From NCBI RefSeq assembly GCF_004010195.1, contig NC_057718.1:42521338-42565738 (forward strand): a stretch of DNA of 44,401 nt, read 5' to 3'. Below, piece by piece: positions 1-12,712 of this stretch (positions are counted from its first letter, which is position 1; each line of letters opens with the position of its first letter). Under the pieces are notes generated by a model. That model made no database searches. It had not been told where the DNA came from and saw nothing but the letters and a program-made list of their open reading frames with translations. The position numbers were made by a program, and so were the translations under genes. The stretch comes from Chiloscyllium plagiosum. Its lineage: Eukaryota.

Positions 1-817
1 CCACCTTCACTATCCTATTTATCTGCAACTCCACTTTCAAGGAGCTATGAACCTGCACTCCAAGGTCTCTTTGTTCAGCAACACTCCCTAGGACCTTACC
101 ATGAAGTGTATAAGTCCTGCTAAGATTTGCTTTCCCAAAATGCAGCACCTCGCATTTATCTGAATCAAACTCCATCTGCCACTTCTCTGCCCATTGGCCC
201 ATCTGGTCCAGATCCTGTAGTAGTCCTCTTCGCTGTCCACTACACCTCCAATTTTGGTATCATCTGCAGACTTACTAACTGTACCTCTTATGCTCGCATC
301 CAAATCATTTATGTAACTGACAAAAAGTAGAGGGTCCAGCACCGATCCTTGTGGCACTCCACTGGTCACAGGCCTCCAGTCTGAAAAACAACCCTCCACC
401 ACCACCCTCTGTCTTCTACCTTTGAGCCAGTTCTGTATCCAAATGGCTAGTTCTCCCTGTATTCCATGAGACCTAACCTTGCTAATCAGTCTCCCATGGG
501 AACCTTGTTGAACGCCTTACTGAAGTCCATATAGATCACATCTACTGCTCTGCCCTATCAATCTTCTTTGTTACTTCTTCAAAAAACTCAATCAAGTTTG
601 TGAGACATGATTTCCCATGCACAAAGCCATGTTGACTATCCTGAATCAGCCCTTGCCTTTCCAAATACATGTCCATCCTGTCCCTCAGGATTCCCTCCTC
701 CGAAGTCAGGCTCACCGGTCTATAGTTCCTTGGCTTGTCTTTACCGCCCTTCTAAAACAGTGGCACCACGTTTGCCAACCTCAGTCTTCTGGCACCTCAC
801 CTGTGACTATCGATGAT
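1..817 (-). mobile_element. CR1-clade LINE fragment (shark HER1-like), RT domain, truncated and frameshifted
   Basis: Minus ORF 88..405 gives [27 protein letters not shown]...[13 protein letters not shown], the CR1 RT motifs. Bases 1-190 are near-identical to the copy at ~33845-34030. Confidence 0.95.
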
Positions 818-939
818 ACAATTTATTTTAGTTTTATGTTAATGTAGACACCGTTATAAAATACATGTAAATAACAATCTTTTGAATCATACTTTTAATT
901 ACTTTGTAACATCCTGAAAGTATTTTAAAACAATAGATT

Positions 940-1115
940 ACTCTTAAAGTGTAGTCACTGTTATACTGTGGAAAAACGTGGTGGCTTTCTTGTTTACAAT
1001 CTGGGACCGTAAACAATGGATAAAGAGGACTTAATAATCTGTTTTGATGATGATCCATACCAATGGGAGAACTTCTTCAAAATATGGCTTGGAATCTTTT
1101 ATATACTCCTGAGAA
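940..1115 (-). mobile_element. Degenerate Deu-domain SINE remnant (SacSINE1/AmnSINE-like)
   Basis: aagtgtagtcactgttatactgtggaaaaacgtgg...gggagaacttcttcaaaatatggcttggaatcttttata resembles the reverse complement of the recalled Deu-SINE core and 3' part. Confidence 0.55.
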
Positions 1116-2264
1116 TATTTTTCTAATTAGCACAAATAAACATAAAGGTACTTTCCAAGTTTCCCATTTCTTGTTATACTTGACTATTTTTACAACTGTT
1201 GTGTTTGTAAGAAAATGGAACTGTATTGCATCTTCTCACTGTAGTATCCATTGTCTTAAATCATGGAAGCAGACTGGTGTTTTTACAAAATCTCACATTA
1301 AGGATGCTTTAAGGTTAAGCTTGAATGACCAGAATATTGATTTCTCAACTTTTTCCATCATTTTTGAAATCTGATTTGGTAGTGATCTTGTTCACAACTT
1401 ATATTATTTTCATTAATGTGACATAAATCCCAAAGAGATTAAATAAATTTGAAAAACTTAATTGCTTAAACTTTATAGTGTGCATGGGAGATCAGTTCAA
1501 TATTTCAGTACTGGGCTTGCTATGTTGGGTCAATCTTCTAGACTGGATGTTGAAATGTTAATTGATTTAAAGTTTAATATTTTAGTTTATAAAATCCACG
1601 CAACTAAAAATTTAGATTTAGTGACCAAGGTGTTCTGCTGGGAGAGTATGCTTCAACAGGGGAGAGAAATTTCCAGTAATCTCTCAGTAAAGGTTTTCTT
1701 TTCTTTTGGAAAGTTCAACTTTGATTAAGGGTGCTTTTCTTGGGTTTTGAGAATCACTTTAAATTTAAGACTTAAGTCAATTACAATTAAAGACTGTGTT
1801 GAGAAAGCCAAAGTAAAAATTTTCTAGTCCTAATTAGTTACAAGACCCATTATAAGTACAGGTACAAGTATCAAAAATATTAGATTTCCTTCACAACAGG
1901 AAAGAGATGCAGAGACCAAAAAAATGTTGGCCATTTTTTCTTACACTGCAATACCTGCAATCTGAATTAACTTTCTTTTAAAGAGGCTAGTGATGATCAG
2001 TATAATTCCCAGAAATTTTATATTAGCACTTGCACCAGTAACATCTTAACATGTCCACATAATATGTGAAACATTATTATTTAAGGAGAAGAGCATTGTT
2101 GAGTGTGGGCTGCTAAAGGCTTCATTGGAAGGCTATGTGGGAAGCAGTCCTTCAAACTGGCCAAGAGGAGTGTTGAAAGAGACCCTTACTGGAAAGCCAA
2201 TACCTCCTGCCTCCATTTACTGCCAGTTTTTTTAACCAAGGAAACATGTGAATATAGATACGCA

Positions 2265-2450
2265 TTAGAAGCAGGAATGGGAAGTTTAGCCCCTCAACTC
2301 TGTTCTGCCTTTTTTTCTTAATTCCCTGAATGTCTTCAAGGCTGAGCTGATACACTTTTAATTGACTCGAAGGAGATGGGGAAAGGGGGGGTTGAGGCCA
2401 CAATCAGGCTAGACATGATCCTCTGAACAAAGGCTTATCCCCCTTTATAT
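2265..2450. mobile_element. Two short, opposed CR1 3'-end scraps
   Basis: tagaagcaggaatgggaagtttagcccctc (minus tail) abuts gaatgtcttcaaggctgagctgatacac...gttgaggccacaatcag (plus 3' UTR). Both resemble the CR1 ends at 9850-10028 and 15230-15400. Confidence 0.45.
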
Positions 2451-3754
2451 GACTTAACATGGACTGACACTGACAAGCTTCCTGGTTTTGTATTGTGCGC
2501 TAAACAGCAAGGCTAGACAGAAGTAATATGAGCCTGATAGCTTTAGCTGAGAGGCAAGGTGCAAAAAGACAATCAATGCAAGGCAAAAATATTCTGAGAT
2601 TCCAGGTAGGTGCAGACTGAGTGAATGCTATTACAGGATGAAGAGCTCAGAGATGTAGCCTGGTCTAGTTGATATGCTGAGTACAAGCTGAATGTTTGCC
2701 CCAGTTTTCCCAGAAAATGGAGATTTGTGACAGGTTGAGTATTGTATTTTGCCTATTTCACTTTTTAACACTCCATTGCCCTGTGAACCATTCCTTCCCA
2801 TCCTGGCCACTTAATATTGAGACCATTTTATTTAGCTTTTGTTTAAAGAAAATAAAATATCTTAAAGCAGCTTTAAAGATTCAACTGTTTGTCAACAGCA
2901 GAATTATCTTCTCATTCTGAAATAAATCAGAGATTTATATCGTTATGTCTGTTTAGAAATGACATGAATAATATCTGCCTCAGCACATTTTACTGGCATA
3001 TTTTACTGTTTGAATCTTAGGCAAAGAATGGTCAATTCTCCTGTGCTTGTACTCTGTGGTACAGGTTGCAAGCACTTGGCCTACAAAACTGATAGCAGAG
3101 GAATAATGTGTGTCTAACCATCAACTCTTACAAGGTGTACTACTGCCATATTGGATTGGGCTACATATGACATACTCCAGAAGAATTCAAAATAATAATT
3201 GAAATATTAGCATAATTGCCTTATGTTTGCTAAAGGATCTTTTTCCTTTCTGGATCTGATGTACCATAAAATACGCTTTACCAGAAACATGCTACAGACC
3301 TGAGTGTGTATCCAAACTTGTGATGATCTGTTTTATGATCCATTCAGTTACTATTGTAAGGAATTACCCTCTACCATCTCCAAGGCAACAAGAAGTGTAC
3401 CAGAAGCAGTAGAAGAATATGAGTGATATTAACCATTAATATCCGAACTGGATGATCTCTAACAGAGCAGTTCATTGAAAAGCATTTCACCTGAACCATC
3501 ACACCCATCACTAATGCAACAATAGATTTGCAATCTTTAACACCACCATCTGATTGCCTTTCTTTAGATTCATTATGAATCTTGTCCTTACTTTTTACAC
3601 CAAGTGCAGAACAGATTTTTAATTATTTTAAACATAACCTAACTTGATCATTATTTATAATTTATTGTAGCAATGATTATGATTGACCCTTGTGCAACCG
3701 TGTGGAACCTGACTGTTCTTGTTACTAATCCTACTGGTTTTACAAAATAGAACA

Positions 3755-4615
3755 ATTAACTGAAATTGCTGGAGATCTAAAACAAACAAAAACTGAAATT
3801 GCTGGAGTAATTCAGCAGGTCTGTCAGTGTCTGTGAAGAGAAAGCTGAGTTAATATTTTAAACCAAAAGCAGCTAGGAAAATAGTATTTATGGTGATGAT
3901 TGGGGAGTGTTAGTGAGCAGGGGGCGGAGATGGAAACCAGAGAAAGAAAGTTGGTAGGCAGGCAAAGGGATTGTCAATATTAAGTCAAGTAAAAAGAGAA
4001 ACTAGGTAGGTGATATTGGTGCTGACTCATTAACCTTGTACACAATAGGAGCTGGCGTTGTGGGGATAGGTAATAGGCAAGGAAGGAGGGATTCACACAC
4101 TGAAATTGTTAAACTCAGTGTTGGGTCCTGAAGTCTGTAAGGTACTTAAGCGAAAGGTAAGATATTGGTCTTGCAGTTTGCATTGAGCTTTACTGAAGCC
4201 TGCAGTTGGCCTGCAACAGAAATTTTGGCAGAAATGAGAACATGGTATGTTGAAGTGGCTGACAACGAGAAGCTCAGAGTCATTTTTTACAGGCAGACCA
4301 TAGCTGTTCGTCAACATAATCACCCAGTCTGCATTTTGTCTCCCCAGTGGAGATAAGACTGCTTTGTGAGTAGCAAATATGATAGACTAGATTGAGTGGT
4401 GTAAATAAATCACCACTTCACCTGGAACGTGTGTCTGGAGCCTTGGGTGGTGAGGTGGGAGGAGATAAATGGGCAAAAGTTGCACCATGTGTGATTGCTT
4501 GGGGGTATGGGAAAGTGCTAGGAGTGGAACAGGGTGTTTTAAAAGGAACAGTCCCTTTAAAACACTAACATAGGAAGGGTGGGGAATATGCTTCCTGTAC
4601 ACTGCTTCCTGGAAA
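3755..4615 (-). mobile_element. Penelope-like retroelement 3' part (GIY-YIG endonuclease remnant plus pseudo-LTR)
   Basis: Minus ORF 4093..4323 ends LLVVSHFN...KLQDQYLTFRLSTLQTSGPNTEFNNF, matching the PLE C-terminus (PVA.HFN...RKLEEQHLIFRLG.LQP.GLN.EF). A shark PLE terminus (gaaattgctggag...cagcaggtctgtcagtgtctgtg) lies at 3790-3850. Confidence 0.85.
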
Positions 4616-4617
4616 GA

Positions 4618-4920
4618 CTCCATTCTATTCTCCTAATTGCTCTCTCTCCATTACATCTGATCTGATAATGCCACCTTCCTTGGGGACCTCAGAAATGCCA
4701 CCTTTTCCCTCAACTGAGGATTCCCCACCATCATGGTTGACAAGGCCTTCAGCTCTGTCTCACCCATTTCCCACACTTCCCCTCTCACCCTTTCCTTCCC
4801 TCCCATCACAACGATAGAAACCCCTTGTCCTCACTTTCTACTCTACCAGCTTCCACATCCATAGAATCATAAACTGTCATTTTTGCCACCTCCAGCAGGA
4901 TGCAACTATCAGACACACAT
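4618..4920 (+). mobile_element. Penelope-like ORF segment inverted relative to 3755-4615
   Basis: Plus strand reads as a decayed PLE linker (…RGFPTIMVDKAFSSVSPISHTS…PLVLTFYSTSFHIHRIINCHFCHLQQDATIRH). In the consensus this directly precedes the segment that starts on the minus strand near 4590. Confidence 0.75.
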
Positions 4921-6115
4921 TAATCCTTTGGCTTGATGATAATGGTAGAGTGAGGATATATTAGGCCATGAGGTTGCAGAGTATAATTCCGCTGCTGTAG
5001 ATGATCCCCAATGTAGAGGAGACTGCTTTATGAGTTGCGAATACAGTAGACTAGATTGAGTGAAGTGTAAATAAATTACCGTTTCGCCATATGGATGCCT
5101 AGTCTTGGTTGCTAATTCTGTAAAAGTCTGTCTCGTTCAACACAGTTATAGTACCACACAACACGAAGGAGTGTATTCTCAATGTGAAGGAGGGACTTAG
5201 TTTCCATGAGGCCTGTGTAGTGGTTTCTTTTATTGATACTGTCATGGATATGTGCATCTGCAACAGGCAGGTTGGTTTCCCCCACCATCTGCCGCAGACT
5301 CAATCTAGCAGCTATGTCTTTTAGGACTTGACCAACTCAGTCAGTAGTGCTACTGACATTGAAATCCAGAGTGCATTCTGTGCCCATGCCATCCTCAGTA
5401 CACTTATATGTTCAACAGGGAAATGTATTGATTCATTAGCTGAGGGAGGACAGTTTGTCGTAATTAGCAGGAAGTTTTTTTGCCCATCTTTGACTTGGTG
5501 CCATGAGATTTCATCGGGTTCAAGTCAATGTTGAGGACTCCCAGGGCAACTCATTCCTAACTGTATACCACTGTGTTGCCACCTCTACTAGATCTGTCAC
5601 TGCCGGGGGGACAGGTCTTTTGAGGGATAATGATGGTGGTGTCTGGGACATTGTTTGTGAGGTATGACTCTGAGAGTATGACCGTGTCAGGCTGTTGCTT
5701 TACTAATCTGTGAGACAGCTGTCCTAATTTTGGTATTAGCTCTCAAATGTTAGCAGGATCCACAGGACTGTTTTTCCTGTTGTGGTTTCTAATGCCTCAA
5801 ATGATGTCAGCTAGTTCACCTGGTTTCATTTCTTTCACACAGTTAATACAATTGAGTGTTTTACAAGGCCATTTTAGAGGGCATTTTAGAGTCAATCACA
5901 TTCCTGTGGGTCTGGAGTCATATGTAGGCCAGACCAGGTGAGGATGGCAGATTTCTTTCCCTGAATGATTCCAGGTGGGTTTATCCAACCATCAGCAGTA
6001 GTATCATGGGTCATCATTAGATTCTTAATGCTAGATATTCATTGAATTCAAATTCCACTATCTGCTATGGCGGGATTCAAATAGTCTAACAATAATACCG
6101 CTTGGTCATCGCTTT
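4921..6115 (-). mobile_element. 5' part of CR1-group LINE 'family B' (APE endonuclease start) with attached tRNA-like head/core (5850-6115)
   Basis: Reverse complement of 7236-7790 plus upstream APE sequence (…caacagcctgacacggtcatactctcagagtcatacc = QQPDTVILSESY). It is contiguous with the core also seen in the SINEs at 16860, 20997 and 30872. Confidence 0.8.
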
Positions 6116-6649
6116 CCACAAAGATAGTGGCATTGGACTCTTTGCATTTAAGGTTACAAATACCTTACTGAGATTGCTTTCCAGGATTAGTTTGATCTGA
6201 ACCGATCGATGTTGCTGAGGGTTTTACTTGATGAAAATAGTTACTATGACACAGCAAAGAAGATAAGTAACGTTAAGCTTCCTGCTCCTTCTGACCCCAA
6301 TTTTGAGCATCTTCTGACCATCAAAGCTTCTGTCCCCAATTCTACATGCCCCAACCTTTCCTCTGGATCGCCAGTACTACAAAACTCTTCCTGATTTCTC
6401 ATGACACCTGATTTCTGGACCAAGCCTTTTGTGCAGATACTAACCCAGCTAAATCACAGCCTTGGATATAGTCTTTGATTTTCCAATCTTGGGGTTCTCA
6501 ACATCAGCGGTGTCTCTACATTTGCCAGCAACATTTTAATGAGGCCTGAAGTTTTTATCTGGAGAGCCTCTGACTTTAGCATTTAGATGTAAAAAAGGAG
6601 GCTTTCATTTGACATCACACAAACTGCTGTTAAATCTTAAAATGTGAGA

Positions 6650-7232
6650 AAGCTTATACAGGTAATGTCCAATAATCACTTGGAAGAGGAAAGTGAGTGC
6701 ATGATAGCCAAGTTGTGGATGACAGAAAAATCAGTGGGAAAGCAAGTGATGAGGATGACACAAAGAGCTGCAAAGGAATATAGAGAGGTTAAGTGAGTGG
6801 GAAAGACCTGACAGAATATAATGTGAGAAAATGAGAGTTTATATACTTAGGCAGGAAGAATAGAGGAGCTGAATATTATATAAATAGAGAAAGACTGCAG
6901 AAAGCTACAAAATAGATGGATTTAGGAATTTTCATTCATTAATTACTAAAAAACCAGCATCTAAGTTCAGTGGGTAATATGGAAGAGAAATGGAATGTTG
7001 GCCTTCATTTCAAATAGAATGGATATAAAAGAAGAGAGGTTTTGTTGAAACCATATAAGGTATGAGTTAGACTGCAACTGGACGACTGTGAACAGTTTTA
7101 GGCCCCTTATCTAAGGGAAAATTTACTGGCACTCGAGGCAATCCAGAGAAGGTTCAATCGCCTGATGATAGGTGTGGACAGACTATCCTTGGAGAAGTGG
7201 TTAAAGAGCTTGAGCCTGTGCTAATTGTAATT
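6650..7232 (+). mobile_element. Old CR1 LINE RT fragment, 5' piece of an element split by a nested insertion
   Basis: gccaagttgtggatgacagaaaaatcagtggg (KF.DDTKI.G) through ctggacgactgtgaacagttttaggcccc (LEYC.QFW.P). It resumes at 9608. Confidence 0.8.
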
Positions 7233-7235
7233 TGA

Positions 7236-9607
7236 TTACAGTGCTGATTACCTCACACTAAACACCCTCGGCTGATGAATTAGTATTCTTCCATGTTGAG
7301 AAACACTTAGAGGAAGCACAGAGGATAGCAAGGGCACAGAATGTCCTCTGGATGGGTGGTGTCAATATCCACAACCAAGACTGGCTCGGCAGCAGTACTA
7401 CTGATTGAGCTGGTTGCTTCGTAAAGGACGTAGCTGCTAGCAGCAGGTGGGGCGAGGAAACCCACAAGAGGGGAATATCATACCTGACCTCATCCTTAAC
7501 AGTCTGCCAGCTGCAAATGTATTTGTCTATGAAAGGATTGGTAAGGGCGACCACCACACTGTCCTTGACAAGACAAAGTCCTGCCTTCACACTGAAAATA
7601 ATCTCCATCGTGTTGTGTGGCACAATCACCATGCTACATGAGACAGACTTCAAACAGATCTTGCAACGCAAGCCTGGGCATCCATGAGATGCTGTAGTCC
7701 AGCAGCAGCAGCAGAATTGTACTCCAGCACAATCTGTAACCTCATGGCTTGGCAGTCCCCCACAACCATTACCATCAAGCCATGTGATCAACCCTGTTTC
7801 ATTGGAGAGTATAGGAGGGCATGCTAGGAGCAGCACCAGGCATACCTGAAAATGAGTTGTCAACCTTGTGAAGCTACCAAACAGGACAACTTGTATGCCA
7901 AACAGCAAGTGATCCCATAACCAATGGATCAGATCTACGATCTGCCACATCCAGTTGTGAATAGTGGTGAACAATTGTACAATACTGGAGGAGGAGGCTC
8001 CACAGAGATCTCTCTGCTCAATGATGGAAGAGCCCAGCACATCAGTGTTTTAGGTAAGGCTGAAGCTTTCAAAGAAAGCCACCTCCGGTGCCAATCTTCA
8101 GCCAATTACTCCATGTGATATCAAGAAATGGTTGGATATACTTGATACTGCAAAGCCTAGGTATCCAACATTTTGACAGCAATAGTATTGAAGACTTGTG
8201 CTGCAGAACTTGCTGCCACCCTAGCCAAGCTACTCCAGTACAGTTACAACAATGGCACCAACTAACTATGTAGAAGATTGCCCAGGTATGTCCTGTACCT
8301 AAAAAGACAAATCTAACCCAGCCTGTTATCACCCCATCAGCCTACTCTCCATCATTAATAAAGTGATGGAAGGTGACATCAGTCGTGCTATCAAGTTGTA
8401 CCTGCTCAACAATAACCTGTTAAGTGACACCCAGTTTCTGTTGACAACACAGCTCCTGACCTCATTACAGCCTTGCTTCAGACCTGGACAAAAGAGCTGA
8501 GTTCCAGAGGTGAGGGGGAGAGTAACAGCATGTCAACTGAGTATTGTATCAAGGAACCCTGGCAAAACTGGAATCAATGAGTATTGGAGGCAAAGTTTTC
8601 ATTGGTTGGTGTCATACCTGGCATATACAAAGATGGTTGTGTTTGTTGGAAGTCAGTCATCTCAGCTCTAGGACATGTCTGCAGGAGTTCCTCAGAGTAG
8701 TGGCCCAACAATCATTGGTTGGCATTGACCTTTCCTCCATCATAAAGTCAGAAGTGAGGGTGCTCGCCAATGATTGCACAATATTCGGTACCATTCACAA
8801 CTCCTCAGATACTGAAGCAGATGATGTTTAAATGCAACAAGTCTGGACAATATCCAGGCTTGGGCTGCCAACTGACAAGGAACATTCGCACCACAGAAAT
8901 GCTAGGCTGTGACCATCACCAATAAGGGACAATTCAACCACCACCCCTTGATATCCAGTGGTGTTATCATCACATAATCCTCCATTATCAACATCCTTGG
9001 TGTTATGATTGACCAGAAACTCAGTTGGACTCACTAGATAAACACAGTGGTTGCAAGAGCAGGTCAGAGGCTAGGAATACTGCGGCAAGTAATTCACCTA
9101 CTGACTTTCCAAAGCTGTCCATCATCTACAAGGCACAAGTTGGGAGTGTGACGGAATACTCTCTGCTTGTTGGATGTAGCTCCAACAATACTTGTGATGC
9201 TTGACACCATTCAGGGTAAAGCAGCCCACTTGATTGGCACCAAATCAACAAGCATTCACTCCCTCCATCACTGACACTCAGTAGCAGCAGTGTGCACTAT
9301 CTACAGGATGCACTGCAGAAATTCACCCAAAGATCCTCAGACAGCACCTTCCAAATCTATGACCACTTCTGTCTGGAAGGACAAGGGTAGAAGATACATG
9401 AGACACAACCCCTTTCACGTTCCCCTCCAAGCCATTCACCATCCTGACTTGGAACTATATCGGCATTCCTTCACTATCACTGGGAATTGCCTCCCTCCAC
9501 AGCAGGTGGACTGCAGCGGTTCAAGAAGGCGGCTCACCATCACCTTCTCAAGGGCAACTAGAGATGAGCAATAAATGTTGGCCAGCCAGTGATGCCCACA
9601 TCCCACG
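7236..9607 (+). mobile_element. CR1-group LINE 'family B', 5'-truncated, APE through RT to the 3' end, nested in a CR1
   Basis: APE-like VEKHLEEAQRIARAQNVLWMGGVNIHNQDW, RT-like IDLSSIIKSEVRVLANDCTIF, and 3' tail gagcaataaatgttggccagccagtgatgcccacatccc. Many stops and frameshifts. Confidence 0.88.
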
Positions 9608-10028
9608 CTTCGATTTAAGAAAATGGAGGAGAAAGAGAGGTGACATTATTGAAACACACAAGTTTTTTAGGGGACCTGAAAGGGTAGATATCAAAAGGTT
9701 TTTTCCTGTTGTGGCAGAGTCTAGGACTAGAGAGTGTAATCTCACAATGAGTGGTTACACATTTAGGACAGAGATACGGAAGAATTTCTTCTCTCAAAGG
9801 ACAATGAATATGTGGAATTCTTACCAGAGAGGATTGTTGACATTGGGTCAGTATGCATATTCAAGGTTGAGATAAACAGATTTTTAATCAGTATGGAAAT
9901 CAAAGGTCACAGCAAAAAGCCAAGAAAGTGGAGTTGGGTATTATCAGATTAACCCTGATTTCAGTGAAAGTGCAGTGCAGACTCGATGGCCTGAATGACC
10001 TACTTCTGCTCCTATGTCTTATGGTCTG
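9608..10028 (+). mobile_element. CR1 LINE 3' end (continuation of 6650-7232)
   Basis: ORF 9564..9875 contains RRKRGDIIETHKFFRGPERVDIKRFFP...RKNFFSQRTMNMWNS. The tail reads gaatgacctacttctgctcctatgtcttatgg. Confidence 0.9.
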
Positions 10029-11071
10029 GTTCTTTCCATTTTCCTTTCTCAATTCATTTTGTGCTCACACCCTGATGATTTTAGGGACACCTGGAAGTAT
10101 TGATACTTTGGTGTACGTATATTTCTTCCATGCCCTAGTATCCAATATTTTCAGAAACATTCCAGTTACTTAACTGGCTCATTCGTGCTTGTGCAGACGT
10201 TTAGATTACTTTTGTATTTCATTTTGAAAAGTCTGACTAGCATCCATAGTTCAAAATAAAATCTGGTATGTATTGTCGTGGCAGAACTCACTTTTTGTAG
10301 ATTTTTGGGCAACTTTATTTCCTATATAAATGTTTGCCTTTCTCTTAACACAGTGCTATTTTTTGATGTCAACATTGGTGAACCTTAGGAATAGGTGTAG
10401 CATGTTGAAAACCTTGGCAAGCTGAGAGTTGGAACTCATCACAAATCAAGCATAGTCACACAAGCAGATATATGGAGTGGAGAAGGAATTAAATAGGTAA
10501 GGAATAAAAAACAGAAAAATGAGTGAGGAAACATAATTGATTCCTTTATCCCTGAGGAATTAACATTCTAATGTGCAAATGTAATATATAGTTATGTTGG
10601 CATTTATGTTCCATCTGGATTTAAAACTATAATTGCTGAGATAAAATAGAAATTTTATGGATGACCCATTTTTGTGCAACCCTTGGTGCTCATCACTTGA
10701 GGGTCAATGGTGTGTATATTTTTCATATGTTGTAAGAAGCGTCATGTTTGAATCTAACAATTTGGTTGGTTTAAACAATTAAAGTATCAATGATATCAAA
10801 GACAATTACTTAATCATTGCAAATAATACACAATTGGATGACGTTTTACTGCATATTGCCATAAAGGGCATGTGCTCCCAAAGTTAGTAACATATCTTGA
10901 ATTAGACTATCTAACTTGAATTTACAGCAGGAAAATTTGGAAACAACATATGTTGAGGTTCCAGCTCTAAGAATTGTATCAGTATGGAATTCTTCATTGC
11001 AGTTTTGCTTCAGAGGATAATTTTAATATATTGTGTGCTGTGTTGTACAGGCTATTTTGTATGTTTTACAG

Positions 11072-11138
11072 ATGGTTGGTGCAGATAAGAGTTCTGATAT
11101 ACAGTTCAGTGAGGAGTATGCCTACCCTGTACAGTATG
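11072..11138 (+). CDS. Candidate internal exon of an unidentified gene; reading A (11072-11138) MVGADKSSDIQFSEEYAYPVQY, or reading B (11072-11133) (R)WLVQIRVLIYSSVRSMPTLY
   Basis: Acceptor tattttgtatgttttacag|. Donors ATG|gtattt (11139) or ACA|gtatgg (11134). Both readings are open and end in phase 1, matching the exon at 25113. It sits in a ~2 kb repeat-free island. Confidence 0.55.
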
Positions 11139-12235
11139 GTATTTGACATGAAATGGAGAGGAATATTAATGAAGGCAAAAAAAGAACAGTTTTTAATTTT
11201 CTTTTGTTCTAAAAATGTTCGTATACCAAATGAAGATTGTTTAAGTACAATTTTAGCACTCTTGTTTTCTACCATTATAAAAATCTCAACTGACTTTTGC
11301 TCTTTTCAAAAAAAAATCATGCATTTGACCCGTATTATTTGAACAACTGGTGAAAAAGAAATTAGGGTATGGATTTTAAACACAGCTTGGCAAGCAGTTG
11401 AGGTCATTGCTTTATTTATTGACAGTAGATTGTTGGTCTTTGAAGCCTGGAGTGTACATCTTTTATTATAACTGTATCTCTTTTGTACTGGCGAATCTCC
11501 ATCTTGGAACCCAGCAAAGTCGTGGTTTTAACATGTGCTGTTGTAGACTAGTGTTTGGTGTTAGCATACTGCAGTACATGCAGGAACCAAAGCCAGCTAT
11601 TCACTGGCTTCATATCTCATGGCTACGGAACCTACTGGCTGAGCATTAAAAAAAACCCAATTCTCATGCTGTGAAGTTCCCTCTTCAGCTGTCAGTTCTT
11701 GCCTTTCTTTGATATGATATGACTTAATCCACCAGCTACAACTTCTCCATTTGCAGGCTTTGGCTGTGAACAGATCCCATTGACCATGTGGCAGCTATTT
11801 ATACATCATAAGCCCTATTTTGTTAAATCTAAGTAATAAAGATTCCTGTGTCCATTGCTTATTGAAGACAGATTGGATAGGCTGTCTGAGATTAACCCTG
11901 TGATGCTTTTTAAAATGCTTTTCACAATAATAAGATTTTTAAAATGTGGCAGAAATACAGTCATTTTTCTATGTTTAAGACTTGTGACTAGTTGTCATTT
12001 AAGGATATAACAATCATTTGCACTGACAGTGGCCTTCTGGAAACTGTGACTTGGAGCAGGCTGCAGTTGATGGGAAAATACAATTGCTAAATTGATGAAA
12101 ATAATAATAAGTGCAGGTCCCAGGATCAATAACCTTATTTGAGAAGGGGAAATAAATCTTAACTTTAAAAAAAACTTTGCTTTTCAAAATTCAAACCTGA
12201 AATATGCACTGATAACAGTTGTCTTCAAAAGGAAA

Positions 12236-12712
12236 AGTGGGAGAATGTAATGCTACTTGACTAGTAATCCAGAGGCCTGGAATAATGCTCTGAACATAAG
12301 TATTTACACCCATTCAAGGCAGCCAAAAGAATTTAACATTAGTATGTCTGAATGTTTAACAAAAGCAAGTCTCAATTATGAACTTGGAACTATTGAATTA
12401 TTGCAAAAATCCACTTGGTTTATTAATGTCCTTGAGGAAAAAGAATGTCATCCTTACCTGTTACTCTAGATTGACAACAATGTGGTTGACTCTCAAATGT
12501 CCTCTGAAGTTAAATAGCAAGGCACTGAATAAGAATAATGCTGGACAGACCACCCTGTTTGAACCGAGGCATCACAGAAGACAAAAGCACACTTGGCACT
12601 GTCGATCCTGCAAAAGTTGTCCTCCTAACACTTAGAAACTGTCAAAATTGGGAGAACTGTCTTGGAAACTAGTCAAGTAACAATCTGAAATTCTCACACA
12701 TTGAATTAAACC
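12236..12712 (+). mobile_element. LINE family B 5' end: tRNA-like head, core and start of the APE ORF
   Basis: gactagtaatccagaggcc...ttggtttattaatgtccttgaggaaa...aatgtggttgactctcaaatgtcctctgaa, then aaattgggagaactgtcttggaaactagtcaagtaacaatctga (KLGELSWKLVK.QSE). Confidence 0.75.

Noticed and set aside
2508..2605. Open segment between aaacag| and CAG|gtaggt (RLDRSNMSLIALAERQGAKRQSMQGKNILRFQ)
   Set aside because: The acceptor is weak, it is adjacent to repeat debris, and there is no other support. It fits reading A by phase only.
7258..8040. Longest ORF in the track (260 aa, minus strand)
   Set aside because: It is antisense to the decayed LINE family B copy and has no independent protein features.
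10974..11342. 122-aa ORF as a single-exon gene
   Set aside because: The flanks are low-complexity AT-rich intron-like sequence. Only the central splice-bounded part looks coding.
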